DNA of 64,000 nucleotides from Escherichia coli (GTDB lineage Bacteria; Pseudomonadota; Gammaproteobacteria; Enterobacterales; Enterobacteriaceae): NCBI RefSeq assembly GCF_003790525.1, contig NZ_CP033635.1; one strand, 5' to 3'. Shown piece by piece: positions 43,321 to 55,387 of this stretch (position 1 is its first letter; each line of letters starts with the position of its first letter). The notes under the pieces were generated by a model. It saw only the letters and a program-made list of their open reading frames with translations, ran no database searches and was not told where the DNA came from. The position numbers and the translations under genes were made by a program.

Positions 43321-44757
43321 CAAGGTTATAATAAATAACCGTCAATACGGTGCTCCGTTAACGCTTACGTCTGTTATGGTACTTTCTGATTGTTATTCAT
43401 GGGCTAACGAGCAGTTTGGACATGCCAGTCTCGGTGATCCGCGTCGTACACGACGCCTTGTGTCACTGGCCTCTTCTCTCGCTCAGCATGCAGGTCTTTC
43501 TATCGTGAAATCATCCCAGTCCACTGCTCAGGTTGAAGGTGCGTACCGCCTGATGCGTAACCCGTCAGTGTCTCCGGAAGCCATTGCCGAAGCCGGATTT
43601 ACCGCCACTGCAAGGGCATGTGAGGCACATCCGCTGCTCCTCGCACTGGAAGACACCACCACCATTAGTTTCAGCCACAGTACGGCATTTGATGACCTAG
43701 GGAATACCACTACTAACCCGAAGACGCGCGGGCTGCTGGCTCACTCTGTCCTGATGTATGCCCCCGACAGCGCCCTGCCAGTCGGTCTTATCGAACAGCA
43801 GCGCTGGAGTCGGGCCACGGACACCTACGGTGTTAAGCACCAGCGAAAAGAACGTCCCTGTGAAGAAAAAGAAAGTTATCGCTGGCAGCAGGCTTCGGAG
43901 CGTATGGCTGAACGGCTGGGGGAGATACAGAAACGGGTAATCACTGTCTGTGGCCTGGAAGCGGATATCTGGCATTACCTGCATTATAAAGTCAGCCACG
44001 GACAGCGCTTCGTGGTGCGTGCTGCACAGAATAGCCGGCAGGAAGAAGCACCCGGCAAGCTCTTCGAACTGCCGGAAGTCCTGACAACCGCATGAAGCCA
44101 CATGCTGAATGTGATGTAAAAAGGCGGGCGCGCAGCCCGCCAGGCCCGGATGTTCACCAGTTACAGCGAAGTCGGCATAAAAAATCCCGACAACAGCGGC
44201 CAGGCGCTTCCGCTCACGTATGTCTGTTGCCGGGAGCAGGCAGAGGACGGTGCCTGCTGGCATCTGCTGACATCAGAAAAAGTGGCGAGTGCCGCCGATG
44301 CGCGACGTATCGTCAGCCATTACGAGCGACGCTGGTTGATAGAGGAATACCACAAGGCGTGGAAAAGTGGTGGTACATGTGTGGAATCGCTGCGTATGCA
44401 GACCCGGGATAACCTTGAGCGCATAGTGGTTATCAAGGCGTTTATCGCGGTACGGGTGCTGGGCCTGCGGCAGGGAGGTATCAGTGAAGAAACACAAAAT
44501 GACAGCTGTGAGAAAATACTGTTGCCGACAGAGTGGAAACTGCTGTGGGTTAAGCTGGAAGGAAAACCGCTTCCGTCACAGACGCCGACACTGAAATGGG
44601 CCTGTCTGAAACTGGCGAAACTGAGGCGATGGCATGACAGCAAACGCACAGGTCGCCCCGGTTGTGTAGTCATGTGGGATGGCTGGTTCAGACTTCAGGA
44701 TATGGTTGAGGGTTACCTGGTGATGGAGTCTCTTGATCAGGAGCTCTGATCAAGAGA
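43320..44757 (+). mobile_element. IS4-family (IS50/Tn5-like) element remnant inserted into the IS256-family transposase gene; transposase frameshifted
   Basis: transposase motifs GDPRRTRRLV, EGAYRLMRNPSVSPEAI, ERFVVR, RWLIEEYHKAWKSG and DSKRTG spread over two frames; right end CTGATCAAGAGACAG resembles the IS50 inside end. Confidence 0.7.
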
Positions 44758-44905
44758 CAGCTAGTACAGTAGGGGGTACCATTATTTAATTCCTGCAGTA
44801 CCAATTAACACAGAGCATTCTGCCTCTGTGAACATATGATATCCAGACTTGACTAATTGTTATTGTGAATGTTTTTATTGCTGTTTTAGCCTCTAATCGA
44901 TGCTT

Positions 44906-45619
44906 TCAGTGTTCCAGCGCGATAGCGCAAACATGTTCAAGCTTAGAGAGTGAATGGTATAGTTCTGGTAATGTCATTTTTTTTCTAATCACGACCTTAA
45001 GGTTAACTTCTATTCTTCCCTTTTTAACATCGCGAATAGTGAACGCTTCAATAATATTTTTTTGTTGATTAATACACTCTATCAGGGCTTGTAGCCCTGA
45101 TCTTTCGTCAAGAGTAACATGAACTTTTACTTTACCCGGAAATTGATTCTTAGCTTGCAAAAAGAGCACAAAATAGCTGAGTTTTATTGCAATCATGAAC
45201 AAAGCAGTGGTAACCAAAGCATGCATATAAAACCCAGCACCACATGTAATTCCCACCCCAGCCGAAGCCCAAACGATAGCTGCAGTTGTTAGTCCAGATA
45301 TAGCATCGTCATGGCGATGAAGGATAACACCTGCGCCGAGAAAACCTACACCGCTGATAATCTGTGCTGCCAGTCGCATCGGATCGCTACGTATATTCAT
45401 CGAGATTTCAGCGTAATATTCTGCAGACTGAATCGATACAATTGTCAGAACACAACTGGCGACTGAAATAATGACGCACGTTTTAAATCCAACAGGCTTC
45501 CCTTTCGATTCTCTTTCAAGGCCAATAATGCCACCAAGGATAAACGCGACGCAAATTTTGCCCAGTGTAATAAAGAGAGATTCTTCTTCACTGAATAATA
45601 AGAAGGATAACGTATTCAT
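44906..45619 (-). CDS. MgtC/SapB-family membrane protein
   Basis: 237 aa ORF; N-terminal TM region with GGIIGLERE motif and C-terminal soluble domain. Confidence 0.75.
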   Translation of the reverse strand: MNTLSFLLFSEEESLFITLGKICVAFILGGIIGLERESKGKPVGFKTCVIISVASCVLTIVSIQSAEYYAEISMNIRSDPMRLAAQIISGVGFLGAGVILHRHDDAISGLTTAAIVWASAGVGITCGAGFYMHALVTTALFMIAIKLSYFVLFLQAKNQFPGKVKVHVTLDERSGLQALIECINQQKNIIEAFTIRDVKKGRIEVNLKVVIRKKMTLPELYHSLSKLEHVCAIALEH

Positions 45620-45682
45620 ATTTCCTCCGGAAAAAACTCACTCCAAACTGTGTACGAAGGTCTCCTTTTCTGCCCCATGAGG

Positions 45683-46666
45683 CTACGCGCCGTAGTTCTG
45701 GATATAGTGCTCTATCAGCGAAATAAGCCGCGGGTTATCGATGCTCTGCAGAATTGTGACCTGTGCACCTTTTGGTTCAGGGATCCCAATATTGAGGCGT
45801 AATGTGTCACGTCCATAGCAACAAGTCATTCCGCGTGTAATGCCTTCCAGAGATACATCCAGATAATCTTCAGCCGTTGTTGCAAGAGAGGGATCCAGTA
45901 ACCAGGCAATGGTTAACACATCGTGGATCCAACACCCAGGCAGATTGCGGGTTTGCATAGAGTATGTAATCCATGGTCGAATGGTTTGTGCCAAATAACG
46001 GCTAAGCCCGTTTTCTGTTTTTGCTAGACGATCCAAATCGGCGTGAAGCATTTGGGTTTGCGTTGTCACATCCATCGGGACCAGCGTGACTGGCGCACCG
46101 CTGGTGAGCACCGCATGAGCCGCCTCAGGGTCCAGACCAAAATTTGTATCTTTCAGGTAGCCTGGAACATTGAACACGCCACCCATAACGACGATATTTT
46201 TGACCGCGTGAACAATCTGCGGGTAAAGCTGCAGGGCGATGGCTACATTAGTGAGGGGGCCGGTAGCAACCAACGTTATTTCGCCTGGATTACGACAGAT
46301 GAGTTCACCTATTGCTTCAGGCGCATGGGGTTCTACCTGCTGGCACAATGCTGGAGCAGGAACATTCGACCAGAGTTGCCGTAAACCAAACTGATCGACA
46401 CCATGATCCAGTTTTTCACGCCAGGGTTGCGGATCTTCCAAGAGCGCACGCGAGGCACCACGGTAGACCGCAACAGGAATATCCAATTGTGTAATGAGAT
46501 CTCTAGCGACCGCATATCCCACGTCTACCGGCGTATTTCCGGCAACAGTGGTGATCATTTCCAGCGCGATTTGCGGTGCGGCAATGGCCAGCGCCAGCGC
46601 CAGACCGTCGTCGATATTAGCGCCGGGAATGCCGTTCCCCGGATCGCAGTCAATAATGATACGCAT
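45683..46666 (-). CDS. inosine-uridine-preferring nucleoside hydrolase family protein; start taken at MRIIIDCDPG
   Basis: ORF 45683..46771; DCDPGxxD N-terminal aspartate cluster. Confidence 0.8.
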   Translation of the reverse strand: MRIIIDCDPGNGIPGANIDDGLALALAIAAPQIALEMITTVAGNTPVDVGYAVARDLITQLDIPVAVYRGASRALLEDPQPWREKLDHGVDQFGLRQLWSNVPAPALCQQVEPHAPEAIGELICRNPGEITLVATGPLTNVAIALQLYPQIVHAVKNIVVMGGVFNVPGYLKDTNFGLDPEAAHAVLTSGAPVTLVPMDVTTQTQMLHADLDRLAKTENGLSRYLAQTIRPWITYSMQTRNLPGCWIHDVLTIAWLLDPSLATTAEDYLDVSLEGITRGMTCCYGRDTLRLNIGIPEPKGAQVTILQSIDNPRLISLIEHYIQNYGA

Positions 46667-46676
46667 CGATTCATTT

Positions 46677-47708
46677 TCACTTTTTCTCGGGTTGAACTTC
46701 ATGCCCTTGGCAGCCACACGACTCTCCTGTTCGTAAATAAAACTCAAATTCAACACGGCGAACTTCTCCATCCCAATTTTTCAGCATGTCAATTGCCGCA
46801 CGGGCCATCTTATCGACAGGTTGTCGAACGGCGGTTAAAGAAGGGACGTTATAAGCCGATTCTTGTGTTGCGTTAAAGCAGACCAGCGCAACATCTTCAG
46901 GAACGCGCAGCCCATGTTCTGCCAAAGCGCGTAAACAGCCGAGAGCCTGTTGTTCATTTGTCGCGAACAGGGCGCGTGGCAGTTGGTGCTCAAGCATGCG
47001 TTTTGTCGCCTCGTAACCGCCGGCGCGGGTATAGTTGGTCGAAAAAATCCATGAGGGATTGACCACTAACGATGAGGCTTCCAGCGCCTGCTGCCAGCCC
47101 CGGATACGATCCTGAGTATTCAGCATTTCACGCGGGCCGCAGATGATGCCGATGTCGCGGTATCCGTGATCAATAAGATGTTGTGTTACCTGCATCGCCG
47201 CCAGTTGTTCATCAACCTGGATAACGCTGACGTTAAGCCCAGGATCCACACGATCGAGCATGACGCAGGGGGTACCGCTCTCCTGAATCAAATTGATATA
47301 AGGATGGCGATCAACACTGGTGTAGATCAGCCCGTCAACCTGGCGGTGTAGCATATTATTAATGAGTTCACGTTCACGGCAGCTACTATCGCCTGCGTCG
47401 CCCAGCAGGAGTACTTTGCCATCAGCAAAGGCTTCGTGTTGCAGGGCATGAGCCATAGAGGCGATAAACGGGTTCGAGATGTCCGGAGCGACTAGCCCAT
47501 AAGTTTGCGTACTCCCTGAAGCCAGCGCACGCGCGATGCCATTGGGTCGATAACCGGTTTTCTTAATGGCCTGTAGTACACGTTGTCGGGTCGCTTCGGC
47601 AACGGGGCGCGGGCCATTATTAATAACGTAACTAACGACAGCGACGGATGTCCCTGCTTCTTTTGCCACGTCAGAACGTGTTACGCGTTGTGAATGTGAT
47701 TGAGTCAC
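46677..47708 (-). CDS. LacI-family transcriptional regulator
   Basis: 343 aa ORF with N-terminal HTH (TRSDVAKEAGTSVAVVSYVIN) and periplasmic-binding-protein fold. Confidence 0.85.
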   Translation of the reverse strand: MTQSHSQRVTRSDVAKEAGTSVAVVSYVINNGPRPVAEATRQRVLQAIKKTGYRPNGIARALASGSTQTYGLVAPDISNPFIASMAHALQHEAFADGKVLLLGDAGDSSCRERELINNMLHRQVDGLIYTSVDRHPYINLIQESGTPCVMLDRVDPGLNVSVIQVDEQLAAMQVTQHLIDHGYRDIGIICGPREMLNTQDRIRGWQQALEASSLVVNPSWIFSTNYTRAGGYEATKRMLEHQLPRALFATNEQQALGCLRALAEHGLRVPEDVALVCFNATQESAYNVPSLTAVRQPVDKMARAAIDMLKNWDGEVRRVEFEFYLRTGESCGCQGHEVQPEKK

Positions 47709-47812
47709 GAAGCACCTACCTGATTGCGTTCAGAGTGATTTTTTCCAGACAGCATAAGGCGTTATGACCCAAAAATCTTTGGTAAAGAACGCGCATCTCA
47801 CGTTCTCTGGCC

Positions 47813-49207
47813 TTAAATTGCATCCTCGGGTAAGTTGAGATCCCGTCCGCGAGTCTCTGGTGCAAAGAAAGTGGTCACCAGTCCAATCGCGGCCATAAAG
47901 GCGAAATAGATAGCGATTGGCCACCAGTGCCCGTAATACGAGAGTAGCGCAGAGGCGATAAGTGGTGCAGTCCCGCCAGACAGAATGGAACCGAGCTCTT
48001 TTGCAAATGCCATTTTGGTATAACGATTAGTGACACCGAAAAGCTCAACGCCCCACGCAGCCTGAACACCAAAAATACCCAGTGAAGCCAGCCCCATCCC
48101 GGTAATGATCGTCGGGATAACAATCCACGGCTCACGAGAATCCAGCAACATAAATGCCGGAAAGGCATACAGGATCAGTAACAAGCAGAACCAACGATAG
48201 ATGATACGTCTACCGAATCTATCGGACAGCCAACCCGCCAGAGGAATAATGGCAAATCCCAGAACGGATGCAATAAGTACAGCTGCCGTGGGTACGGACT
48301 TATCCACCATCAGTACTTTCGCGACATAGCCAATGATAAATCCCTGAGCGAGATAAGAAGGACCATTCTCTCCTATGCGTAATCCGACCATGGTCCAGAA
48401 GGCACGGGTCCGTTTCCAGAAGCTACGACTGTCATGTTGTTGCTGTGCTTTTTCCTCACGAATAACCTTTTCTCGTTCAGCCTGCAGAAGGGCTTTTTGA
48501 CGTTCAAAGACTGGTGTTTCGCGTATATGACGACGAATTAATAGAGCTGCAGCAGCAATAAGAATGCTGCAAAGAAAAGGAATACGCCATCCCCAGCTTA
48601 ATAAGTCATCCTTGTCCATTTGCAGGACGATGAGCCAAACCAGCGAAGCCAGTAATGTTCCGCTGTTCGAACCCAGACCAATAACAGATGAAACCAGTCC
48701 ACGTCGTTTAACGGGAGCATATTCACCAAGCATCACAGTACCGCCTGAAAGTTCCGCTCCTGCTCCCAGCCCCTGAGAAAATCGAAGGATAACCAGACAT
48801 ATCGGTGCCCAGACGCCTATCTGGGCGTAACTGGGGATTAATCCTATTAGCATGGTCGACATGCCCATCAATCCAATAGTGATAACCATGACAATTTTCC
48901 GACCATGTTTATCGCCTATCCAGCCGAATAGTAATGCACCAATAGGGCGGGCAATAAACCCAACAGAATAGGCGGCAAAGCTGGAAAGTAATGCCATGAC
49001 GGGTGTCGCCTCCGGAAAAAAGACATCGCCAAAGATAATACCTGCGGCAAGGCCGTACAGGGCAAAATCGGCATATTCCATCGTGGTGCCTAACCAGCAG
49101 GAAACTGTTGCTCGCCAAAACTCGCGGCGTCCCTCGGAGGTTTCCAGCCGCTCCTGAGCTGCCTGTTGGTTATCTGTCAGGGAAACAGTGGATGAATGCG
49201 TGTTCAT
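47813..49207 (-). CDS. MFS metabolite:H+ symporter family transporter
   Basis: 464 aa 12-TM ORF with GWIGDKHGRK motif. Confidence 0.8.
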   Translation of the reverse strand: MNTHSSTVSLTDNQQAAQERLETSEGRREFWRATVSCWLGTTMEYADFALYGLAAGIIFGDVFFPEATPVMALLSSFAAYSVGFIARPIGALLFGWIGDKHGRKIVMVITIGLMGMSTMLIGLIPSYAQIGVWAPICLVILRFSQGLGAGAELSGGTVMLGEYAPVKRRGLVSSVIGLGSNSGTLLASLVWLIVLQMDKDDLLSWGWRIPFLCSILIAAAALLIRRHIRETPVFERQKALLQAEREKVIREEKAQQQHDSRSFWKRTRAFWTMVGLRIGENGPSYLAQGFIIGYVAKVLMVDKSVPTAAVLIASVLGFAIIPLAGWLSDRFGRRIIYRWFCLLLILYAFPAFMLLDSREPWIVIPTIITGMGLASLGIFGVQAAWGVELFGVTNRYTKMAFAKELGSILSGGTAPLIASALLSYYGHWWPIAIYFAFMAAIGLVTTFFAPETRGRDLNLPEDAI

Positions 49208-49262
49208 AAGAACTCCTTGATATTATCCGTCAGATATACATCACAGGTAGATATCTTTCTTA

Positions 49263-49320
49263 AATCTACTCATGTAGATATTGTGTTTTATTACATATAA
49301 ATAAATCTACTCGCGTAGAT
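49263..49320. promoter_or_regulatory. two similar dyad-symmetric sites (ATCTACTCATGTAGAT and ATCTACTCGCGTAGAT) upstream of the MFS/LacI/hydrolase operon; candidate operators
   Basis: palindromes read directly in sequence, about 55-110 bp upstream of the first gene. Confidence 0.45.
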
Positions 49321-49520
49321 AAACCATTCAATGGAAGTAAAATCGTGATGGAGATCACTCATAAGGTGTAAGCGCAAAGCTAACGTTGTCTGTTACCTCG
49401 CTCCTAGCGAGCTAAATTACGCTTAAAATATCAGCAATACACGAGCGCCTTGCTCATTTGAGCAGGGTGTTTTCTTTTGTCTTACATACAGTCATGACCA
49501 TGAAATTAGTCAACTACTCG

Positions 49521-49651
49521 GGCAGCGCGTTTATGGGCCGTGAGTAACGAAGTTGGATGCAAATGTCAGATCGTGTGCGCCTGTTAGGGCGCGGCTGGTA
49601 AGAGAGCCTTATAGGCGCATTTGAAAAACCTCCGGCTATGCCGGAGGATAT
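49521..49651 (+). mobile_element. solo 3'-terminal fragment of an IS200-like element
   Basis: about 130 bp nearly identical to the reverse complement of 58025-58155, which is the 3' end of the IS200 copy. Confidence 0.65.
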
Positions 49652-50119
49652 TTATTTTGCTACCACAGTGACAGTCACTGCTGGAAAATATACCTCTGTT
49701 CAAAACAGTCCTGTTGTGGATCCGAAAAATACACATCGCTCCCGTTATCTGTGGCTGTATGATTACCATCACTGAGTAAAAAAAATCCCCAGGATGCAGG
49801 GGACGGAAGGTAAACTATGCTGAATCTTGTCTGTTTGTTTTAATATTTATCTATCCGTCTTGCCAACGGACAAAGAAAAAATAACACGACGCAGAACAAA
49901 AGAAAATATTATTTTCATATCTTCCGGAAGACTATGGCCTCTTCCAGATAATTACCTTATGGTTGGCATCAATCAATGATTCACTCTCGTTCTGCCTCGG
50001 AACTCTATATGGATGTACAATCATATAATGTTCTAATATTCACGAGATGTGAATAAACAAATCCACTTAAGAAACGGGGGGGTATTTAATTAATAACTAA
50101 GTGAAGCGCCCCGGAAATC

Positions 50120-50470
50120 TTGGAGACTAAATTCCCTGAGAAAGAGGTAAACAGGATGGCTAAAAATACTCGTTTTTCCCCCGAAGTCCGTCAACGGACA
50201 GTTCGTATGGTTCTGGAAAATCAGGGCGAATATGACTCCCAATGGGCAGCAATTTGTTCCATCGTCCCAAAGATTGGCTGTACACCGGAGACTCTGCGTG
50301 TCTGGTGTACAACCAGCATGAGTGGGATACCGGGGGCGGTGATGGTGGACTCACCACCGCTGAACGTCAGCGTCTGAAAGACGCTGGAGCGTGAAAATCG
50401 TGAACTGCGCCACAGTAACGATATCCTTCGCCAAGCTCTTATTTTGCGAAGGCGGAGTTCAACCACCCCT
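50120..50470 (+). mobile_element. IS629/IS1203-like (IS3 family) fragment; orfA frameshifted and truncated
   Basis: ORF 50120..50377 contains [50 protein letters not shown]. Confidence 0.6.
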
Positions 50471-50789
50471 GGAAACTGTTGCCAGTTCATTTTCGCCAGG
50501 CAGCACGCTACCTGCTGGCAGTTCGCCGCACAGGATGCGCTCGGCAAGATGCTGAGTAACAGATTCGGAGAGACTAGTCTGCACAATTTTCATTGCATTT
50601 CCTAGCTAAAAAACGTCACAGTGATGAGCCATATAATAAGCTAAATAACAGCAAACTTACTAATTGTGAAGCAGGTGAACTCCACCCCCTAGTCAGTTCT
50701 TATCGTTGCTGGATACCCTCAAAGCAGTGTAATGCTATCCAGAATAGGCATGCTTAAGGAAGAGCTCAAGGGTAGAACCCCGACTTCGG

Positions 50790-52102
<1,313 letters not shown>

Positions 52103-52536
52103 TAAAAGAGAAGTTTGAACGAGACGACGCAATAGTTCAATAACTTGCTGGATACCTAAAGGATGTCTGATGTGTGCCAATAAAATACTTTATGGGGATC
52201 CTTAGTGTATCTGATGAATTTCCATCAGACATCCTAGATGGAGGAAACAGGACTATAGACGCTCTACCTTATTCTCCTGAACCTGTGTTGTTTCGCGGCG
52301 TCTTCCTGTAACGACTACTTCTGACGCTGGCGTTAAATTATTACCTGTTGAGATAACGCCGAATGAACAGAAAAATACGATGATGTCTATTGCTCCATCT
52401 TTATCCATTTCCCCCCATAACACAGTCAGTGTCAGTTCCTGTAAGGTTGAGTTCCGTCTCAGTAACATGATGTGTTGGAAAATCCTTCACCAGAGCTGCT
52501 CAAGGTGTTAATCCGTGAGTTAGCCAGGAGGAGACG

Positions 52537-52869
52537 ATGATCTCACTACCATCCGGTACCCGTATCTGCCTCATTGCCGGGGTAGCTGATATGCGTAAAT
52601 CCTTCAACGGACTGGGAAAACAGGGTCAACATGTGCTGAATTATAATCCCTTCTTCGGCCACCTGTTTATCTTCCGAGGCCGACGGGGTGACACTGTTAA
52701 AATACTCTGGGCTGATGGTCTGTGTCTTTTCACCAAGCGCCAGGAGGAAGGCAATTTATCTGGCTTGCGGTACGTGACGGCGGGGTATCCTTTACCCGCC
52801 CGCAGCTGGCAATGCTCCTTAGTAAGCTGGGCTAGCGTCAGCCAAAAACATCACGCCTTAACGCGCTGA
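52537..52869 (+). mobile_element. IS66-family accessory gene (tnpB/orf2-like) fragment
   Basis: MISLPSGTRICLIAGVADMRKSFNGLGKQGQHVLNYNPFFGHLFIFRGRRGDTVKILWADGLCLFTKR matches IS66 Orf2 layout; no full transposase follows. Confidence 0.6.
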
Positions 52870-53082
52870 CAATGTGGTAAAAATATCATAGCCGGATTAT
52901 AAAAACGGTCATGAATCAGAACTACCTCATTCGCATCGCTGACGCTGGAAAAGCTGCTGTCTGAGTACTAAGTCGTTGAAAGCATACTCTTCTTTCCCTC
53001 CTGTTTAGCGCCTGATATCCCTTTTCCATTTCTGCCCGACGCATGTCATTTTTTTATGCATTGTTCTTTTTGTGATCTAAAT

Positions 53083-53156
53083 TGTAGTACAGTAATATAA
53101 GCTTGTACTACATTACGCACACGGCAAACGCGAACGTTATCACGCTGGTACTACAA
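53083..53156 (+). promoter_or_regulatory. dgo promoter region with repeated TTGTAGTACA / TTGTACTACA / GTACTACAA motifs; candidate DgoR operators
   Basis: three copies of a short inverted-repeat motif within 75 bp upstream of dgoR. Confidence 0.5.
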
Positions 53157-53221
53157 AGTTGCCGCGTTATGCATCGATCGGGGTAAAGTAGAGAAGAACA
53201 TACAGAGCACAAGGACTCTCC

Positions 53222-53911
53222 ATGACTCTCAATAAAACCGATCGCATCGTCATTACGCTGGGTAAACAGATCGTTCACGGCAAATACGTGCCAGGCTCGC
53301 CGCTTCCGGCTGAGGCGGAGCTCTGTGAGGAGTTTGCAACCTCGCGCAACATCATCCGTGAGGTGTTCCGTTCGCTGATGGCGAAGCGGCTGATTGAAAT
53401 GAAACGTTATCGCGGCGCGTTTGTGGCACCGCGTAACCAGTGGAATTACCTCGACACTGACGTACTGCAATGGGTGCTGGAAAACGACTACGACCCACGA
53501 CTTATCAGTGCCATGAGCGAAGTGCGAAATCTGGTGGAACCGGCGATTGCCCGTTGGGCAGCAGAGCGCGCGACTTCCAGCGATCTGGCGCAGATTGAAT
53601 CGGCGCTGAACGAGATGATTGCCAACAATCAGGACCGCGAAGCGTTTAACGAAGCGGATATTCGCTACCACGAGGCGGTGCTGCAGTCGGTACATAATCC
53701 GGTGTTACAGCAACTTAGCATTGCGATCAGTTCGCTGCAGCGGGCGGTATTTGAACGAACCTGGATGGGTGATGAGGCCAACATGCCGCAAACGCTCCAG
53801 GAACATAAGGCGCTGTTCGATGCGATACGGCATCAGGACGGCGATGCGGCAGAGCAGGCGGCGCTTACCATGATCGCCAGCTCGACACGAAGGTTAAAGG
53901 AAATCACATGA
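53222..53911 (+). CDS. dgoR: GntR-family repressor of the D-galactonate operon
   Basis: 229 aa ORF; first gene of the operon. Confidence 0.85.
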   Translation: MTLNKTDRIVITLGKQIVHGKYVPGSPLPAEAELCEEFATSRNIIREVFRSLMAKRLIEMKRYRGAFVAPRNQWNYLDTDVLQWVLENDYDPRLISAMSEVRNLVEPAIARWAAERATSSDLAQIESALNEMIANNQDREAFNEADIRYHEAVLQSVHNPVLQQLSIAISSLQRAVFERTWMGDEANMPQTLQEHKALFDAIRHQDGDAAEQAALTMIASSTRRLKEIT

Positions 53912-54786
53912 CAGCTCGCTACATCGCAATTGACTGGGGATCGACCAATCTGCGCGCCTGGCTTTATCAGGGCGACCACTGCCTGGAGAGCAGGCAATCA
54001 GAAGCAGGCGTCACGCGCCTGAACGAAAAATCTCCGGCTGCGGTGTTAGCAGAAGTGACGGCCGACTGGCGTGAAGAAAATACGCCAGTGGTGATGGCAG
54101 GAATGGTCGGCAGCAATGTCGGCTGGAAAGTTGCGCCGTATTTATCTGTTCCTGTCCGTTTTTCGTCTATTGGCGAACAATTAACGTCGGTTGGCGACAA
54201 TATCTGGATTATTCCCGGATTATGCGTTTCTCATGACGATAACCACAATGTGATGCGCGGCGAAGAAACACAATTGATCGGCGCGCGTGCTCTGGCTCCT
54301 TCCTCTCTTTATGTTATGCCCGGAACCCATTGCAAATGGGTGCAGGCCGATAGCCAGCAAATCAACGATTTTCGCACCGTAATGACCGGTGAATTACATC
54401 ATTTACTGTTAAATCACTCATTGATTGGCGCAGGTTTGCCGCCGCAGGAAAACTCTGCCGATGCCTTCGCGGCTGGCCTTGAGCGTGGCCTTAATGCGCC
54501 CGCCATATTGCCGCAGCTTTTTGAAGTTCGCGCCTCGCATGTGCTGGGAACGCTTCCCCGCGAACAGGTCAGCGAATTTCTCTCTGGTTTGTTGATTGGC
54601 GCAGAGGTTGCCAGTATGCGCGACTATGTGACCCATCAACACGCCATCACCCTTGTCGCCGGAACATCGCTGACCGCGCGCTACCAGCAAGCCTTTCAGG
54701 CGATGGGTTGCGACGTGGCGGTGGTGGCGGGCGACAAGGCATTTCAGGCTGGTATAAGGAGCATCGCTCATGCAGTGGCAAACTAA
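53908..54786 (+). CDS. dgoK: 2-dehydro-3-deoxygalactonokinase
   Basis: 292 aa ORF; overlaps dgoR stop. Confidence 0.85.
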   Translation: MTARYIAIDWGSTNLRAWLYQGDHCLESRQSEAGVTRLNEKSPAAVLAEVTADWREENTPVVMAGMVGSNVGWKVAPYLSVPVRFSSIGEQLTSVGDNIWIIPGLCVSHDDNHNVMRGEETQLIGARALAPSSLYVMPGTHCKWVQADSQQINDFRTVMTGELHHLLLNHSLIGAGLPPQENSADAFAAGLERGLNAPAILPQLFEVRASHVLGTLPREQVSEFLSGLLIGAEVASMRDYVTHQHAITLVAGTSLTARYQQAFQAMGCDVAVVAGDKAFQAGIRSIAHAVAN

Positions 54787-55387
54787 ACTCCCGCTGATCG
54801 CCATTTTGCGCGGCATTACGCCCGACGAGGCGCTGGTGCATGTTGGCGCGGTGATTGACGCCGGGTTCGACGCAGTTGAAATCCCGCTGAATTCCCCACA
54901 ATGGGAGCAGAGCATTCCCGCCATCGTTGATGCGTATGGCGACAAGGCGTTGATTGGCGCAGGTACGGTACTGAAACCTGAACAGGTCGATGTGCTCGCC
55001 AGGATGGGCTGCCAGCTCATCGTTACGCCCAATATCCATAGTGAAGTGATCCGCCGTGCGGTGGGCTACGGCATGACCGTTTGCCCCGGCTGCGCGACGG
55101 CGACCGAAGCCTTTACCGCGCTCGACGCGGGCGCTCAGGCGCTGAAAATATTTCCGTCATCGGCTTTTGGTCCGCAATACATCAAAGCGTTAAAAGCGGT
55201 ATTACCACCGGACATCGCAGTCTTTGCCGTTGGCGGCGTGACGCCAGAAAACCTGGCGCAGTGGATAGACGCAGGTTGTGCAGGGGCAGGCTTAGGCAGC
55301 GATCTCTATCGCGCCGGGCAGTCCGTAGAACGCACCGCGCAGCAGGCAGCAGCATTTGTTAAGGCGTATCGAGAGGCAGTGCAATGA
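54770..55387 (+). CDS. dgoA: 2-dehydro-3-deoxy-6-phosphogalactonate aldolase
   Basis: 205 aa ORF; KDPG-aldolase family. Confidence 0.85.
   Translation: MQWQTKLPLIAILRGITPDEALVHVGAVIDAGFDAVEIPLNSPQWEQSIPAIVDAYGDKALIGAGTVLKPEQVDVLARMGCQLIVTPNIHSEVIRRAVGYGMTVCPGCATATEAFTALDAGAQALKIFPSSAFGPQYIKALKAVLPPDIAVFAVGGVTPENLAQWIDAGCAGAGLGSDLYRAGQSVERTAQQAAAFVKAYREAVQ

Noticed and set aside
52159-52239. 12-bp inverted repeat GGATGTCTGATG / CATCAGACATCC as IS terminal repeats
   Set aside because: The repeats are only about 70 bp apart and sit between the IS3-family element and the IS66 fragment; too close together to bound an element, and likely chance or leftover IS sequence.
53108-55039. Minus-strand ORFs (195, 204 and 130 aa) inside dgoR, dgoK and dgoA
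   Set aside because: Antisense to a coherent operon with overlapping start/stop codons; compositionally non-protein-like.
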